From assembly GCA_040954595.2 (NCBI GenBank), contig CM082590.2, positions 3,224,001 to 3,288,000 of the forward strand: a stretch of 64,000 bases of DNA, read 5' to 3'. This DNA comes from Balanoglossus misakiensis (taxonomy: Eukaryota > Animalia > Hemichordata). Positions 49,807 through 62,100 of the stretch are shown piece by piece. A model generated the notes under the pieces. It saw only the letters and a program-made list of their open reading frames with translations, ran no database searches and had not been told where the DNA came from. The translations under genes and the position numbers were made by a program. The number at the start of each line of letters is the position of its first letter. Position 1 is the first letter of the stretch.

Positions 49807-52800
49807 TCATTCAGGCAATTCTCTGGTTCGTCTCGATATTTTTTCTTTTACTAGATCAGTTGTTGGTGGTGGTGGTATTTGAGCCAGATGCATGGATATT
49901 CTCCTAGGATCTGTAGTTTCTAGTTCTCTCTTTTTCTTCATTCCTTCTCTATCTTGAAGTCTCTTCTGCAGAATATCTTTTATCAGTGGCCTGATGTAGG
50001 GATAGGACTTGGCTTCTTTTACTGGAGCGGCGGACCATCTGTTGCTCTTTTTGTTGAATTTTCTGTGGTACCTTTGATTGAAACGCAGTGATCAAAAACT
50101 TAGTTTGTGCAATCATTTTTACTTCACTTACTGTATTGTTTTTATATGCAACAATACCACATGCTGTATGCATGCATTTCTTTTTTACCACGATTTTACA
50201 CCTTTCAATTGTTATTTTGAATTTTGTTTTTAAACTGCTTGTCTTTCACAGAATGACATTTTGTTTTCTGCAAAAGCTACATTTTAAAAGTGATTACTGT
50301 GGTTATATTAAATGTGTTTTGGCATTCATTTACATTTGAAGATTCTGCAATAAAGTGTTGTTTGGACTCACATTTCTTGACCATCTTTAGTTTTCCTTGT
50401 TTCCCTTTCTAGGTGCGCATTGTGGTCTAAGGCGGCCAAGATATTTCTGGCCCTGTATGCTGGTGGTGAGTAAGCATACCTCTTGGAAGCGTACATTAGA
50501 ATGTGTTGTTGGAAAGATTCCAATTCAGCCGTCGATCTGCAGAAGAACAGATAATAAAACTTCTGTTCAGTCTATTTGTCTTCAAATTGGGTAAGACTGC
50601 TGTCAAAGGCAACCGAGTTCATGGCCACAAAAGCCTGTATATGAGACTTACATAAATAAGTATTTGTTGTCATACTACACAATTTGGGTCATGATACCAT
50701 CTACAGTGACAAAAAAATATTTTACAACCTATAAAACAAGGATTTTGTTTAGTGACCCTTTTACTTTTAAATGTCAACTACCGGTAACTCATTTCCAAGC
50801 TAATATTGACAGGTTTCTCGCAAAAATTAGCATTGATTTTGGCAACAAAATGCCACAGGAAATGCCAGAGTATGTATGGCCCTATTTATTGGTGTCTTTT
50901 GGCCAAATGACCAATTTTGTTACCTGAAATTCAGAAGATAGTGGATCTTCTTTAGGAATGCTTTGTCAAACACGACATTTCTCAATGCCAAATGGGCTGC
51001 ACCGTTTTTCTTTAAGTAGTTCCTTTCAGCGTCCCCAGTATCAGCAAGTGGTCCATGGTCGCATTCCATGGCATTGCTGTTGCCATAGTTCACATGCCAT
51101 GTGTGTTCATCTACCACGTGATGTATAACACCACCCCAAATCTCCTGCACAACAACATACAGTCTCTATATCACGATTTTTGATTATATCAGTAAAGTTT
51201 ACAATCCCATAAATCACTATTGCAATAACATGAACTATGACATGTTCAATGCACAGCAAAACAGCAGCAACCAATCCAATTGAATGTTAAAACATGTCTC
51301 AATATTTATTATCAAATATTAATTTTTAAGATTACCCTAAGAAGTCTCTATAGTATCACACATTTTAACATCTAGGCTAGCTGATGATAAGTAATACTTA
51401 CCAGAAACTTGTCCATATCTGATGCTTTTTGACAACAATACCAAAAGTGGTTCACAATGTGGGTCACCCATTTCAGCAGTGGTTTGCACTCTTTGTTTTG
51501 TGCAGCCTTAAAAAAACACAGAATACACTCATGATTGTGATGTCCGGGGAGGGGTTATTGACAGTCGACAACGACGGAGTTCCACAGAAGTGATGTTTAT
51601 TGAATGACAACCACGCGGGAACTAACAGTTACAGGAAATCACGTATACAGACCATGTGACAATCACGTGATCATGACAATACTATCACATCTCCTCAACT
51701 TTAGAAGAAAACTTGTACTTTAAGTTTACAACTCGCTTTGGAAAGTATGAAATTTGCCAACACTGTCAAATTGTAATGCTTTGTGAATGATCATGTTCTA
51801 ACAAACGAAAACAAACAGAACCTTAACCTTAACAAGAACTTGAGAACTTCATAACTAGGAAAATACAAATCTCCAAGAGAAAATTTGCTCTACAGAAACT
51901 CATTCCATAATGTTTGTGTACAGTCTTATGTCAATATAATCTATCCTTCTGGCATGCAATAGTCTTTGTGCCAAGGAGGTTTAGATTTTATTCTTGTTGA
52001 GCGTCTCACATCAGTACTATTGGGGTTTACATTTGTCTTAGGTGAATTTGTCACTGGCATTGTTGGAGGAACATTTACAATCGTTTCCAACGATGCTGTA
52101 CCAGTAGGTGAAACAGGACTAGGACATGCTGGTCCAGTTGATTTCTGACTAGAACAGACGGGTTATACTGGCAAGTTATCCAGGTTGTTATGTGTAGACA
52201 AATCATGGATATGGGGGTTACAGGATGGAACACCATTTTGAACCCTTTGAGGTTGTTCATATGTCAAATGTTTGGAGTTCCATTCAGTGCCCTGGAAGGA
52301 AAATTCTGGATATTCCTCAACATATTTCTTTACATGTCCAGTGGACCTTCTTTTTACACCTTTGGAGTTTTCCAATACTAACGCACCTCCATCTTTCTGG
52401 ATGACTTTGTATGGTTCTGTCTCGAAATTGGGAGTGAGTTTGTTTTGCCTAAATGCTTGCTGGAGCAAAACAGTATCACCTTCCCTGATATCTGAGGAAG
52501 TGGCATGTCTCCTGTTGTCGGCATAGAACTTTTGTTTCATTTTCATTCTGTTGTTTCTTTCTCTCATTTTGATTTGCCAATCAGACTCATTGATTGTTTG
52601 GGATGGAATTCTCAGTCTAGGAATTGTGTCCCTAAACTCTCTTCCCATCAGAGCCATAGCAGGAGATATGCCTGTCACAGTATGGGGTGTATTTCTATAT
52701 TCAAATAGAAAATGTGTCAAATCTTTGTACCAACTTTTCTTTTGCAATTTAGCAATTCGTACAGACTTCAAAATTATTTCATTCAGCCTCTCAACACTTC

Positions 52801-55800
52801 CATTGCTCTGAGGCCAGTATGGAATGGAATATTCATGATCAATACCTAAGTAATCAAGGAAACCTTCAAACTCGGCTGAGGTAAAAGGTGGACCATTGTC
52901 TGATTTGACACAGTAAGGCAACCCATGTGTAAGAAACATAGCTTCCATGGCTTTTATGACATGGGCAGCATCTGTTTTCTTTAACAAAACTACTTCAGGC
53001 CATCTAGAGTATAAATCAGTTACCACTAGTAATTTCTCACCATCACATACATCCAAAAGATCAACTGCTAAATCGAACCATGGTCCTTCAGGTAACTGTG
53101 TGGGTAATAATGGCTCTGGGTTTGGCCTGGCACTGACCAATTGACATGGATGACAGGATCGTATCAGTTTTTCCACATCCCTGTCCATTCCTGGCCACCA
53201 AACTCTGTCACGTAAACGAGCCTTTGTCCTCACAATTCCCTGATGACCCTGGTGTGCAATTTTCAAGATTTTTCTTTGCAAAACTTGAGGAACAACCAAT
53301 CTGTTACCACGCATGATCAATCTGCCATACAACCATAATTCGTCTTTCACATGCCAATAGGGTGAAGACTTCAATTTTGACCAATTTGCAGAGGTAATAC
53401 ACTTTTCAACCAATTGCAAGCTCTGGTCTTTTGCAGATTCTCTCTCAATATCACGTGGGGTGATAGCAGATGGCATAGCCTCTAAAACAACACTACATGC
53501 AAAATCTTCAGTCTCTCTACAATAGTTGTCAGATGGTTCGTCCACGGGCAATCTACTCAACATGTCCGCATAATTATTCTTTCCCTTGATATAGGTGATA
53601 TGATAATCAAATTGTTGCATATATAACAGCCATCTCTCAATTCTAGCTGAAGGGGGCCTGGAGTTAGGGCTGAATACTTTCAATAAAGGCTTATGGTCAG
53701 TTCTGACCTCAAAATGACTGCCTAGCAGAAACTGCTGAAGTTTCTCACATGCCCATTTAACTCCAAGCGCCTCTCGCTCAAACTGAGAGTACCTTGACTC
53801 AACATGTGTAAGCTTTCTGCTAACATAGTACACTGGTTGATATGAACCATTACTTTGCATTTGTTCAAGGATTGCTCCAACACCAACGGGCGATGCATCA
53901 GAAGTGACTCGAGTTTTAGCACCCTGCTTGAAATAAGCCATGAATGGACTTGTGGTCAATTTATGTTTGATGAGATTGAATACTTTCTCATGCTTGGGAA
54001 GCCATTTCCACTTTGCATCTTTGCGAGTCAAATCCCACAGTGGGCTTGTCACTGTTGCAAATTTATCGACATATTTTGAGCAAAATTGAGCCAGCCCCAA
54101 GAAACTTCTCAATTCTGATTTGTCAGTTGGCGTTCGAGCTTTTACAATAGCTTTGACCTTCTCATCAGTGAGTTTCATACCCTGGGCCGTCATCAAGTGA
54201 CCCATGAATATCATACTGTCTCCTAGCTTACATTTTGTAAAGTTCAGCGTTAAACCATGCTCACTAAAACGCTTGATCACTTTCCCAACTCTGGCATGCA
54301 GCTGCTCATAATTTTCAGCTACTACTCTAATATCATCATGCATGTTGTGGGCACCCTCACAGCCCTTCAAAACCTGGCTAATTAGATTTTGAAACTTTTC
54401 AGTCGCCATGTTCACACCAAAAACTAAACGCTTGTAGCGATACAAAGAGTTGGGCCCTGAAAAGGTTGTAATATCCCTGCTCTTTTCATCGAGCTCAATT
54501 TGATGGAAAGCCATATTCATATCAAGCTTGCAAAATACCTTGGCCCCTGAAATTTCCTCTAGCGTTTCATCCATGGTGGGAACAGGGTGTCTTTCCCTAA
54601 CAATGGCTTGATTTGCTTTTCTCATGTCCAGACATAGTCTGATATCCCCATCAGGCTTTTGTACTGTTACAAGGGGGTTGACCCAAGAGGTCGGACCCGA
54701 AACCTTCTCTATTACTCCCAGCTTTTGAAGCTCGTTGAGTTTTTTCAACAACTTTAGCACGGCGGTTGAAAGGAATTCGCCGGTACTGGGCTATGGGTTT
54801 GACACTCTCATCAATATGCAAATGGAGCTTGTAGCCCTTTAACTTACCCAACCCATTAAATACCTCAGGATATTTCCTCCGCAATTCTGCAAGAATTGGC
54901 GAAGAATTATCAGCAGATATTGAATTTATCGTGTACAGATTCACATTTCCAACTCTCAACATATCTAAATTCTCAGAAGTACTCCGACTCAACAAAATCG
55001 GTTGATCAGCCTTGATCACTATAAAATCAGCAATACATTTCTTTTTAGTAGGCGCTTCAACATGTAAGGCACATTTACCCAATATATCTAAAGGTTTACT
55101 ATAACCATAGGTAAACACTTTATTGTTACAATTTCGAACTTTCACACCACGCTTTTCAGCAAGTCTGCGAAATTGTCTTTCACCAATGAGATTACATGTA
55201 GCACCACTGTCGATGATAACCGGCACGTGTTGATTCTCGATCTGAATACCTGTATCAGTGAGGTCCTTCCCACTGGAAGCACGGAAAGCAGCATTGAAAG
55301 CATAGTACGCTTTCTCCTCGTCAGTCTCGACGTCTGCATGGCCACCATCGGCGTTTGCATCAGTAGTCGTCTGAGCTACCTTGTGTGTACCGCGACCATC
55401 ACCACGCGTACGGCCACGTCCACGTGCGCTGCGGTTACCACCACTGCCTCGACTGTTGCCATTTTCACTGTCTTTAGACGGACAGTCTTCCCACTTAGCA
55501 CGACAGTCTGCAGCTCTGTGTCCCGGTTTTTGACATCGGAAACACCGGTCGGATTTTTGTTCGGCATTGCGAGAACTACCACTTGTACTGGCGCGACATT
55601 CACGTTGCATGTGACCTTTCCTTCCACAACGGAAACAGGCTAAGTCCGCCATTTTGTTTTTGGCGCGCGTACGTTTACCGCCAATATTGACTGCATTTGC
55701 ACTCACAGCTTGAGTACCAGACACCAAAACTAGTGCATCTTTGTCGTGATACGACCGTATGATTCGTAGTAGTTTGGTAGTGTCCAAATTCTTTTCACGA

Positions 55801-58800
55801 TACAGCTTGCTTTTTAGCACCTTGTCGCTGATGTAGAGCAAGACACGATCTCTTATCTGGTTGTCTTTTTCCGTCTCGGGAAAATCACAGTCTTTCAGTA
55901 GGTTCTTGAGACGTATTACGTAGCTGTCGACCGTCTCCCCGGACGTGGGAGTTGCGCTGTAAAACTTCTGTCTCGCCATAGGAACGTTTTTCTGCAGTTG
56001 AAAGTGTTTATCCAAACATGCTATCAACGTTGCGCAGTTTGTGACGTCACCAGTTTCATCTTCAGATTTAGTGCTAACAATGTCTCTGATGCCCGCTCCA
56101 GCCATGTGCAAAAGTAAGGCACGCTTCTGCGCATTATTTGAAACACCAGAAGCTGCTACGAACAGTTCAAATTCCTGAAGCCAACGCTCCCACCTTTGCT
56201 GAAGAGCCTCCGGTTCGCCTTCACAGTCGAATCCCGCCACTCCTGGCAGTCCGGACAGCGTTACGGGTGTAGACATTTTCATGCACTCAAATCAAGGCTA
56301 AAAAGTCACCAAATCTCGTAAAGGTTGCTTGCGTATGTTCTTCGATAGTTAATTTAGACAACTAAAGCCTCGTCGCCATTTATGTGATGTCCGGGGAGGG
56401 GTTATTGACAGTCGACAACGACGGAGTTCCACAGAAGTGATGTTTATTGAATGACAACCACGCGGGAACTAACAGTTACAGGAAATCACGTATACAGACC
56501 ATGTGACAATCACGTGATCATGACAATACTATCACAATGATCTGATATAAACTGATGGTTCATAACTATTCACCATAGACCTGAACTTGTTTGTGACATT
56601 TACTGATGCAAATAACAACTGCACAATTTGAATATTGCCATAACTATTTTCAAAGGTAGTTTGTCACCCACCCCACCCAAAATGATAGAAGGATCAGTTA
56701 GTAACATTCTATACCCTTACATTTTTATGTGTCAGTGTCACACATATTTAGAAGATAAATGAAAACTGAATACAAGAATAAAAGTTTGTCTAACCTTTAT
56801 GATCTTCTTTGACAAGTTCTTGGCAGCATGCCAAATGTAATGAGAATGTTTTATGTCTGGGTGATCGTCTCCTATAAGAGTGGGTAAATGTGATTACAAA
56901 TGGAGCTTCAAAATGACAGTGTTATGATTGCCAAATACATTATCTCAGAAAAACAAAATCAACATTGACCTGTATAACAGCTTTGCTTTTGGCATTTCAA
57001 AGCAACATATAACCCAAGTTAAGATGGGTCCCTAGGATCTTTTTGCTCGTTGCTATGGGCCTTTATAGGACACTACACTCAATTTTGATCGAAACCGTTA
57101 TGAACGTCCGACAAAGGGGCTTGTAACTAGTTAAAAATACGCACGATTGTGTGCACACCCCCTGTCCGAGTATGGTTACGGCAGCTACCGCCCGGCCATA
57201 GGCCGCCACGCTAATACGGCAAAGCAGCAGTCACCGATAGCGTGCGCGTCCTGTAACCACAGTAACTGGATCGAACGCTAAATATCCAATGTTTTGTACA
57301 CAGAGATTTTGTACCGTTCACGAAAATCCCTAAGGCTTTTTTCATAGGCGACGTAGGCCAGCCAAATTTGACCTGCTTGTTGAGAACGCACTTCCGCATA
57401 GTGTGACGGATCGTTTTTTCGGTTTTCGTCGTGCTAAGAAGCGATACCGGTGGAAGAGTGCGTCCAAAAACACCCAAAATCGATGACTTTTTCAGGTGTG
57501 GTACGGGTATGCTGAAATCGTAGGATACAACGATAATATTCGAAAACAAAATCCGTCACGATCTTCCCTGGTTCAAGCAACTAATGAATACGTATCAAGT
57601 TCGTTTTTGAGGTCACGGAATAAAAAGCCTTAGGCTTTTGAAATTTGACCTAGCTAATTTGCATATCAATGGCGTCAGGGGGCGCGCGCTCACAATCGTG
57701 CAGATTTTCAACTAGTTACCAGCCCCTTGTTAGACTCTGAAAACGGCTTAGTCCAAATCGGGGTGTAATGTCCTATAAAGGCCCATAGCAACGGGCAAAA
57801 AGATCCTAGGGACCCATCTTAAAATCATAAAATTACACTTACTCATCAGAGCTGTAATCTGCATGTGGGCATCTGATACGACTTCTTTGACATTTACACC
57901 TTTCTCCTGAAGCTGGTTTAGACTTTTAACAAGGCAGGCCTTTTCCATGTTTGTTGACTTCTTCTCTGTTTCTCTTTTGTCCATGGTTATTATCGACAGA
58001 ATTTTCTTGGTGGTTTCCTCCATCACAGTATAGGTGCAGTATTGCGCACAAAAACCCGGGGAATCCATTCGCCCATCACCTGAGACATAATCAAGTAAAT
58101 ATGTCAGTCAAATTATACATAAGTATGCATAAGTGAGAACATTTCCAATTCAATGATTTTACAATGAGTATGAAATGATGCAAATGAGGAAGTAAATGCC
58201 ACCAAATAATAACTATTGTATTCTCTTTTCTAAATCAGCAGAATAGAGTGTGTAAGTATAAACTTTTAGACATAAATTACAAGTGCATTGGCCGACATGT
58301 GATGGATAATCAGTGGGGTGAGCCAATCAGATTAGGTGCGTGTCATTAACAATGAAGCTAAAAACTTACCCAGTAAAACAAGTTCTTGGCCATCAAATGA
58401 ATCAATGATGTCTTGTTGTTGTCGTATCCAAAATTCATCAAGACATGGTATTAGATAAGCTTTCTGAATTCTATTGTAAGTATTCTGGGAGCAAATTCTG
58501 AGTGACAGAATGCTTGCCAAAAAATTAATTTTGGCATAATTATTACCAGACAATAGAATGGCAGCTGCTGTGAAGAGATCACCACTATGAAGTCTCCTGT
58601 TCAAAATTGGTTGTGAACACCATTCGTACTCAAGGTGACCAGCTGAGCATTCCTGAAAAAAAAAAAAGTTTAAAGATTCATGCTTATTTGATCATTTCAT
58701 GTTGATTTCTCCAAGACACGATAAAACAGATGTTAATACCGATAACTTTGTAATTTCAGTTGACTATTGTTTTTTATTATAAACCTAAAGGAACAATGTG

Positions 58801-59142
58801 CACCCACATAGGATTATAACTAGAGTTTCCTGTTCATCTAAATAATACTGGCATAGTGATTGTCCATACAATGCACACTACAGTTGGTATAGTTTAACAA
58901 TAATTGTCAAGAATATACCATATTTAGTTCACACTCACCCACTTTAGATATAAAGCTGAGCCAACAAACTTTGAAGTAGAGGATATCAATCCACTGCAAG
59001 ACTTCAATGCACAGACTTGCCTAATAGATTTTTTGCCAAGGGCCAGAAGCTGGTTCAAAAAAAACAGACATGTTGTAGAGTCACCAAGGAGGCTTTCCCC
59101 ATCTTCTTCTGTGACAACTCTCTGCAGACCCGGTGATGGTGT

Positions 59143-59182
<40 letters not shown>

Positions 59183-62100
59183 CCACCGTCACTTTCAATA
59201 TCGTCGTCACCAATGGCAGGAACCACCTGCACGCCATTAGTTCTGAGAAATGGACAAAAAATCCTAACAATGCTCATGACTTGTCCATCAGAGTTTGTCA
59301 GTCAGCTGTTAGTACAAATGTTGTAAGTTGATGTTTCATTCATAAAAGAAAATTTATCATATATATGAATTTTAGCGTCCAACACTTAGGCTTTTTTTAA
59401 CCATGAGGATATTTTGCCTTCCATTTGTTGTGTACCCATCCAATAAGGAACTTTGATGATAGTGATAAATGCGCACTTACATTATAGAAATATCAAAGCT
59501 GGGCTCATAGTCATAATCATCATCGTCACATAGGTTCATGTCTTCCTCTTTGTCTTCCTCAGAAATATCAATGCTCAACCTGGTAGTAATAAAACCAAGG
59601 AATTAATCTGAATAGTGGGACAATGCTGCTCACTAAAAATACATATAGTCACTCATAAGCACAAAAAAGAAAGAAAACATTTCCCATGAATTTAAGTACA
59701 AGCAAATGTTCTGACACACGTGATGCATGTCATGAAACTGATTTTCCCAACAAATTTAAATTTAGTGTAACAGGAGAAAAGAAGCAATCGAAAAGGCTTG
59801 CTCAAGCAAGGGATACATGCATGCCGTATATGACAATAGAATAAGGAAAACTTACTCAAATGGATTGATGAAAGACTCAGACAAATTTCTTGGAAATCTT
59901 ACACGGCCGCTGGAGAAAAAAATGACAAAATAGGCACACATGAGACGGCAATATGTACTGAACTAATTTACAGCTGTGAACTAAATATAACACACATGAA
60001 AATTGAACTCTGAAACAAAGTGACAGGGGCACACAGGGACAGCAGCATCACTGCTCATTTTTACAGGTTCCTCTGTATCTTGGTTTCACACAAGTAAATT
60101 TAGGGTGCTTGGTAAACATTTGCCATTTTGCTTTCTAAGAAATATTTTCATGTTGATAGCTACACAGAATAACTTATTCACACAAGCATAAGCAAGGGAG
60201 TTAGAAATTAGTACATTTACATGTATGTAAAGCAGTCGCTCCTGCTTTTGTCCTAAAGCAGGAGATTAATGTTTATCACAAAAGGTACAAAAGAGGGGGG
60301 AAAGCCACATTTCACTATAAAAGTTTACCTAACTACAGTTTATCTTCAGATTAATAGAATCTCACACTCCCAAGGACCTGGGATCACATTTCTCACAAGA
60401 GTTGGGGATTTTCTGTCCCACACGAGCCGCAGGCTCGTGTGGGACAGAATATCCCCGACGAGTGTGAGAAATATGATCCCAGGTCCTTGGTGTGTGAGAT
60501 TCTTTTTCTCACACGGTCACAAGTTAGCCAAGTTCGTTAAAAACATTGAATAAATGACTCTGGAATTGTTGTCTGGGGGCACGTTGTAGTCTCTGTGCCT
60601 GTAATACACATCGCGCCATTGGATAACATTTAGTGCGCGTAGCGACAGAACACTTTGTCAACCAATCAGCACTCACGTCATATACAGCTTTCTATTCAGT
60701 GAGATTGTGAGAACAATTTGTTCCCACACTCTGTTCTCACACTCCCAGCGTACGGGGAGTGTAAGAAAAGATAGTGTCATACCTTTCACTTTGTACTGGC
60801 TGTGATGGGCCTTCTGTAGATTCCATAGGTTTCTCTTGTGATGATTCTCCTATCTCCTGAACATCTATCTCTGCAATTCCAGAGATGGAAGAAACCCTGT
60901 ACAAAGAAAAAAAAGACTAAAATTTGATACATGACAAACTAGGTCTGCACAAACGTTGTAGGTTCCAGTTCCCCCTAATCCCCCAACCAGTAAGCAGTGA
61001 AAAACCTATGTTTGCTGGATTAAAACCATAGACGTGAATGTCTTGGTCAACACACTGAATAAATTGTATAGGATGATTTTGGTTGTTTATTGGAGGGCAA
61101 ATGTCAGGTATACTTCGCCATTGTTATGTTGATTATTGTCACCTGAGAGTTTGAGCAGAGGCTTTTCCTCATACTACAGATTGTGGCTAGAAGCATTGAA
61201 ATTATCATGTAATGTAAAAAAACAGTGCTTAAACACCTACCTGACTGATGATATTTCTGATGCAACTAATTCTTCTAAATTTTTTTCGATATCACAAAGA
61301 TGGCCATTTCCTGGCGTTGATGTCATAGGAAAAGTTTGGGTGGCTTGTCCTTGATCATCACGTTGCCTATAAATTTTAAGAAACAAATATATACTTTTAG
61401 GTATTCCCATCTATCACACAGATAACTATGTGGAATGCAACATTTCATTGTTTCATTTCTATAAATTATATTACGGACACAATTACTTTTCATGAGCCAT
61501 AAAAACATGTCACCTCTTTAAAACAATATACATCATGTATACTGCAAGAGCCCCATCAAATATGAAAATCTATTTTGTACTATACAAAGCTCAAAGTATC
61601 ATGATCAAAATTTATTTGGTACCTAGTTTCCATAGACGGTGCAAATACTTGCAGTGTTTCTTGGCCACTTGGAGATGATGCAGGCCTGGTAAATTCTGCA
61701 TCTGTTGTTGCTGTAACTTGATGTTCATAATACCTGTCCACACAAATAATAAGACACAATGAACCTTTTTTGCCTTTACAATGGCTTGTTTACGTAGCCA
61801 ATTTCTGTCTTTAGAAGGGATTACACACAGCCATAATTTGCCTCAGAGGACAGGTTACAGACACGTAAGGTGAGAATAAGATAACTACGAGAAAATAGCC
61901 AAATTTTTCTTCAGTTCATATACAGCTCAAGAAATGTACACAACTGGCTATAACAAAACGGAAGTTGTAGCAGAACAAAGAACAACCAAATTCCGCTAAA
62001 AGCATATTGTCTCGTATGTTCGATAACAGTAATACATGTAGATTGTCCGGAGGAAAAAAAAGAAAAAAAAAAAAAATTGCAGTACCGTACAATTTATCTC

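Larger units (their letters stand above)
51536..56536 (-). mobile_element. Full-length Ty3/Gypsy LTR retrotransposon (Mag-like), 5001 bp
   Basis: Two 154-bp TG...CA LTRs. The 5-bp TSD ATGAT is at 51531-51535 and 56537-56541. PBS TGGCGACGAGG. Domain order gag-PR-RT-RH-IN. Confidence 0.96.

Noticed and set aside
59033-59326. Poly-Ser and poly-Met ORFs over the (CAT)n tract
   Set aside because: They are alternative frames of the poly-Asp stretch in Kolobok transposase exon 7.
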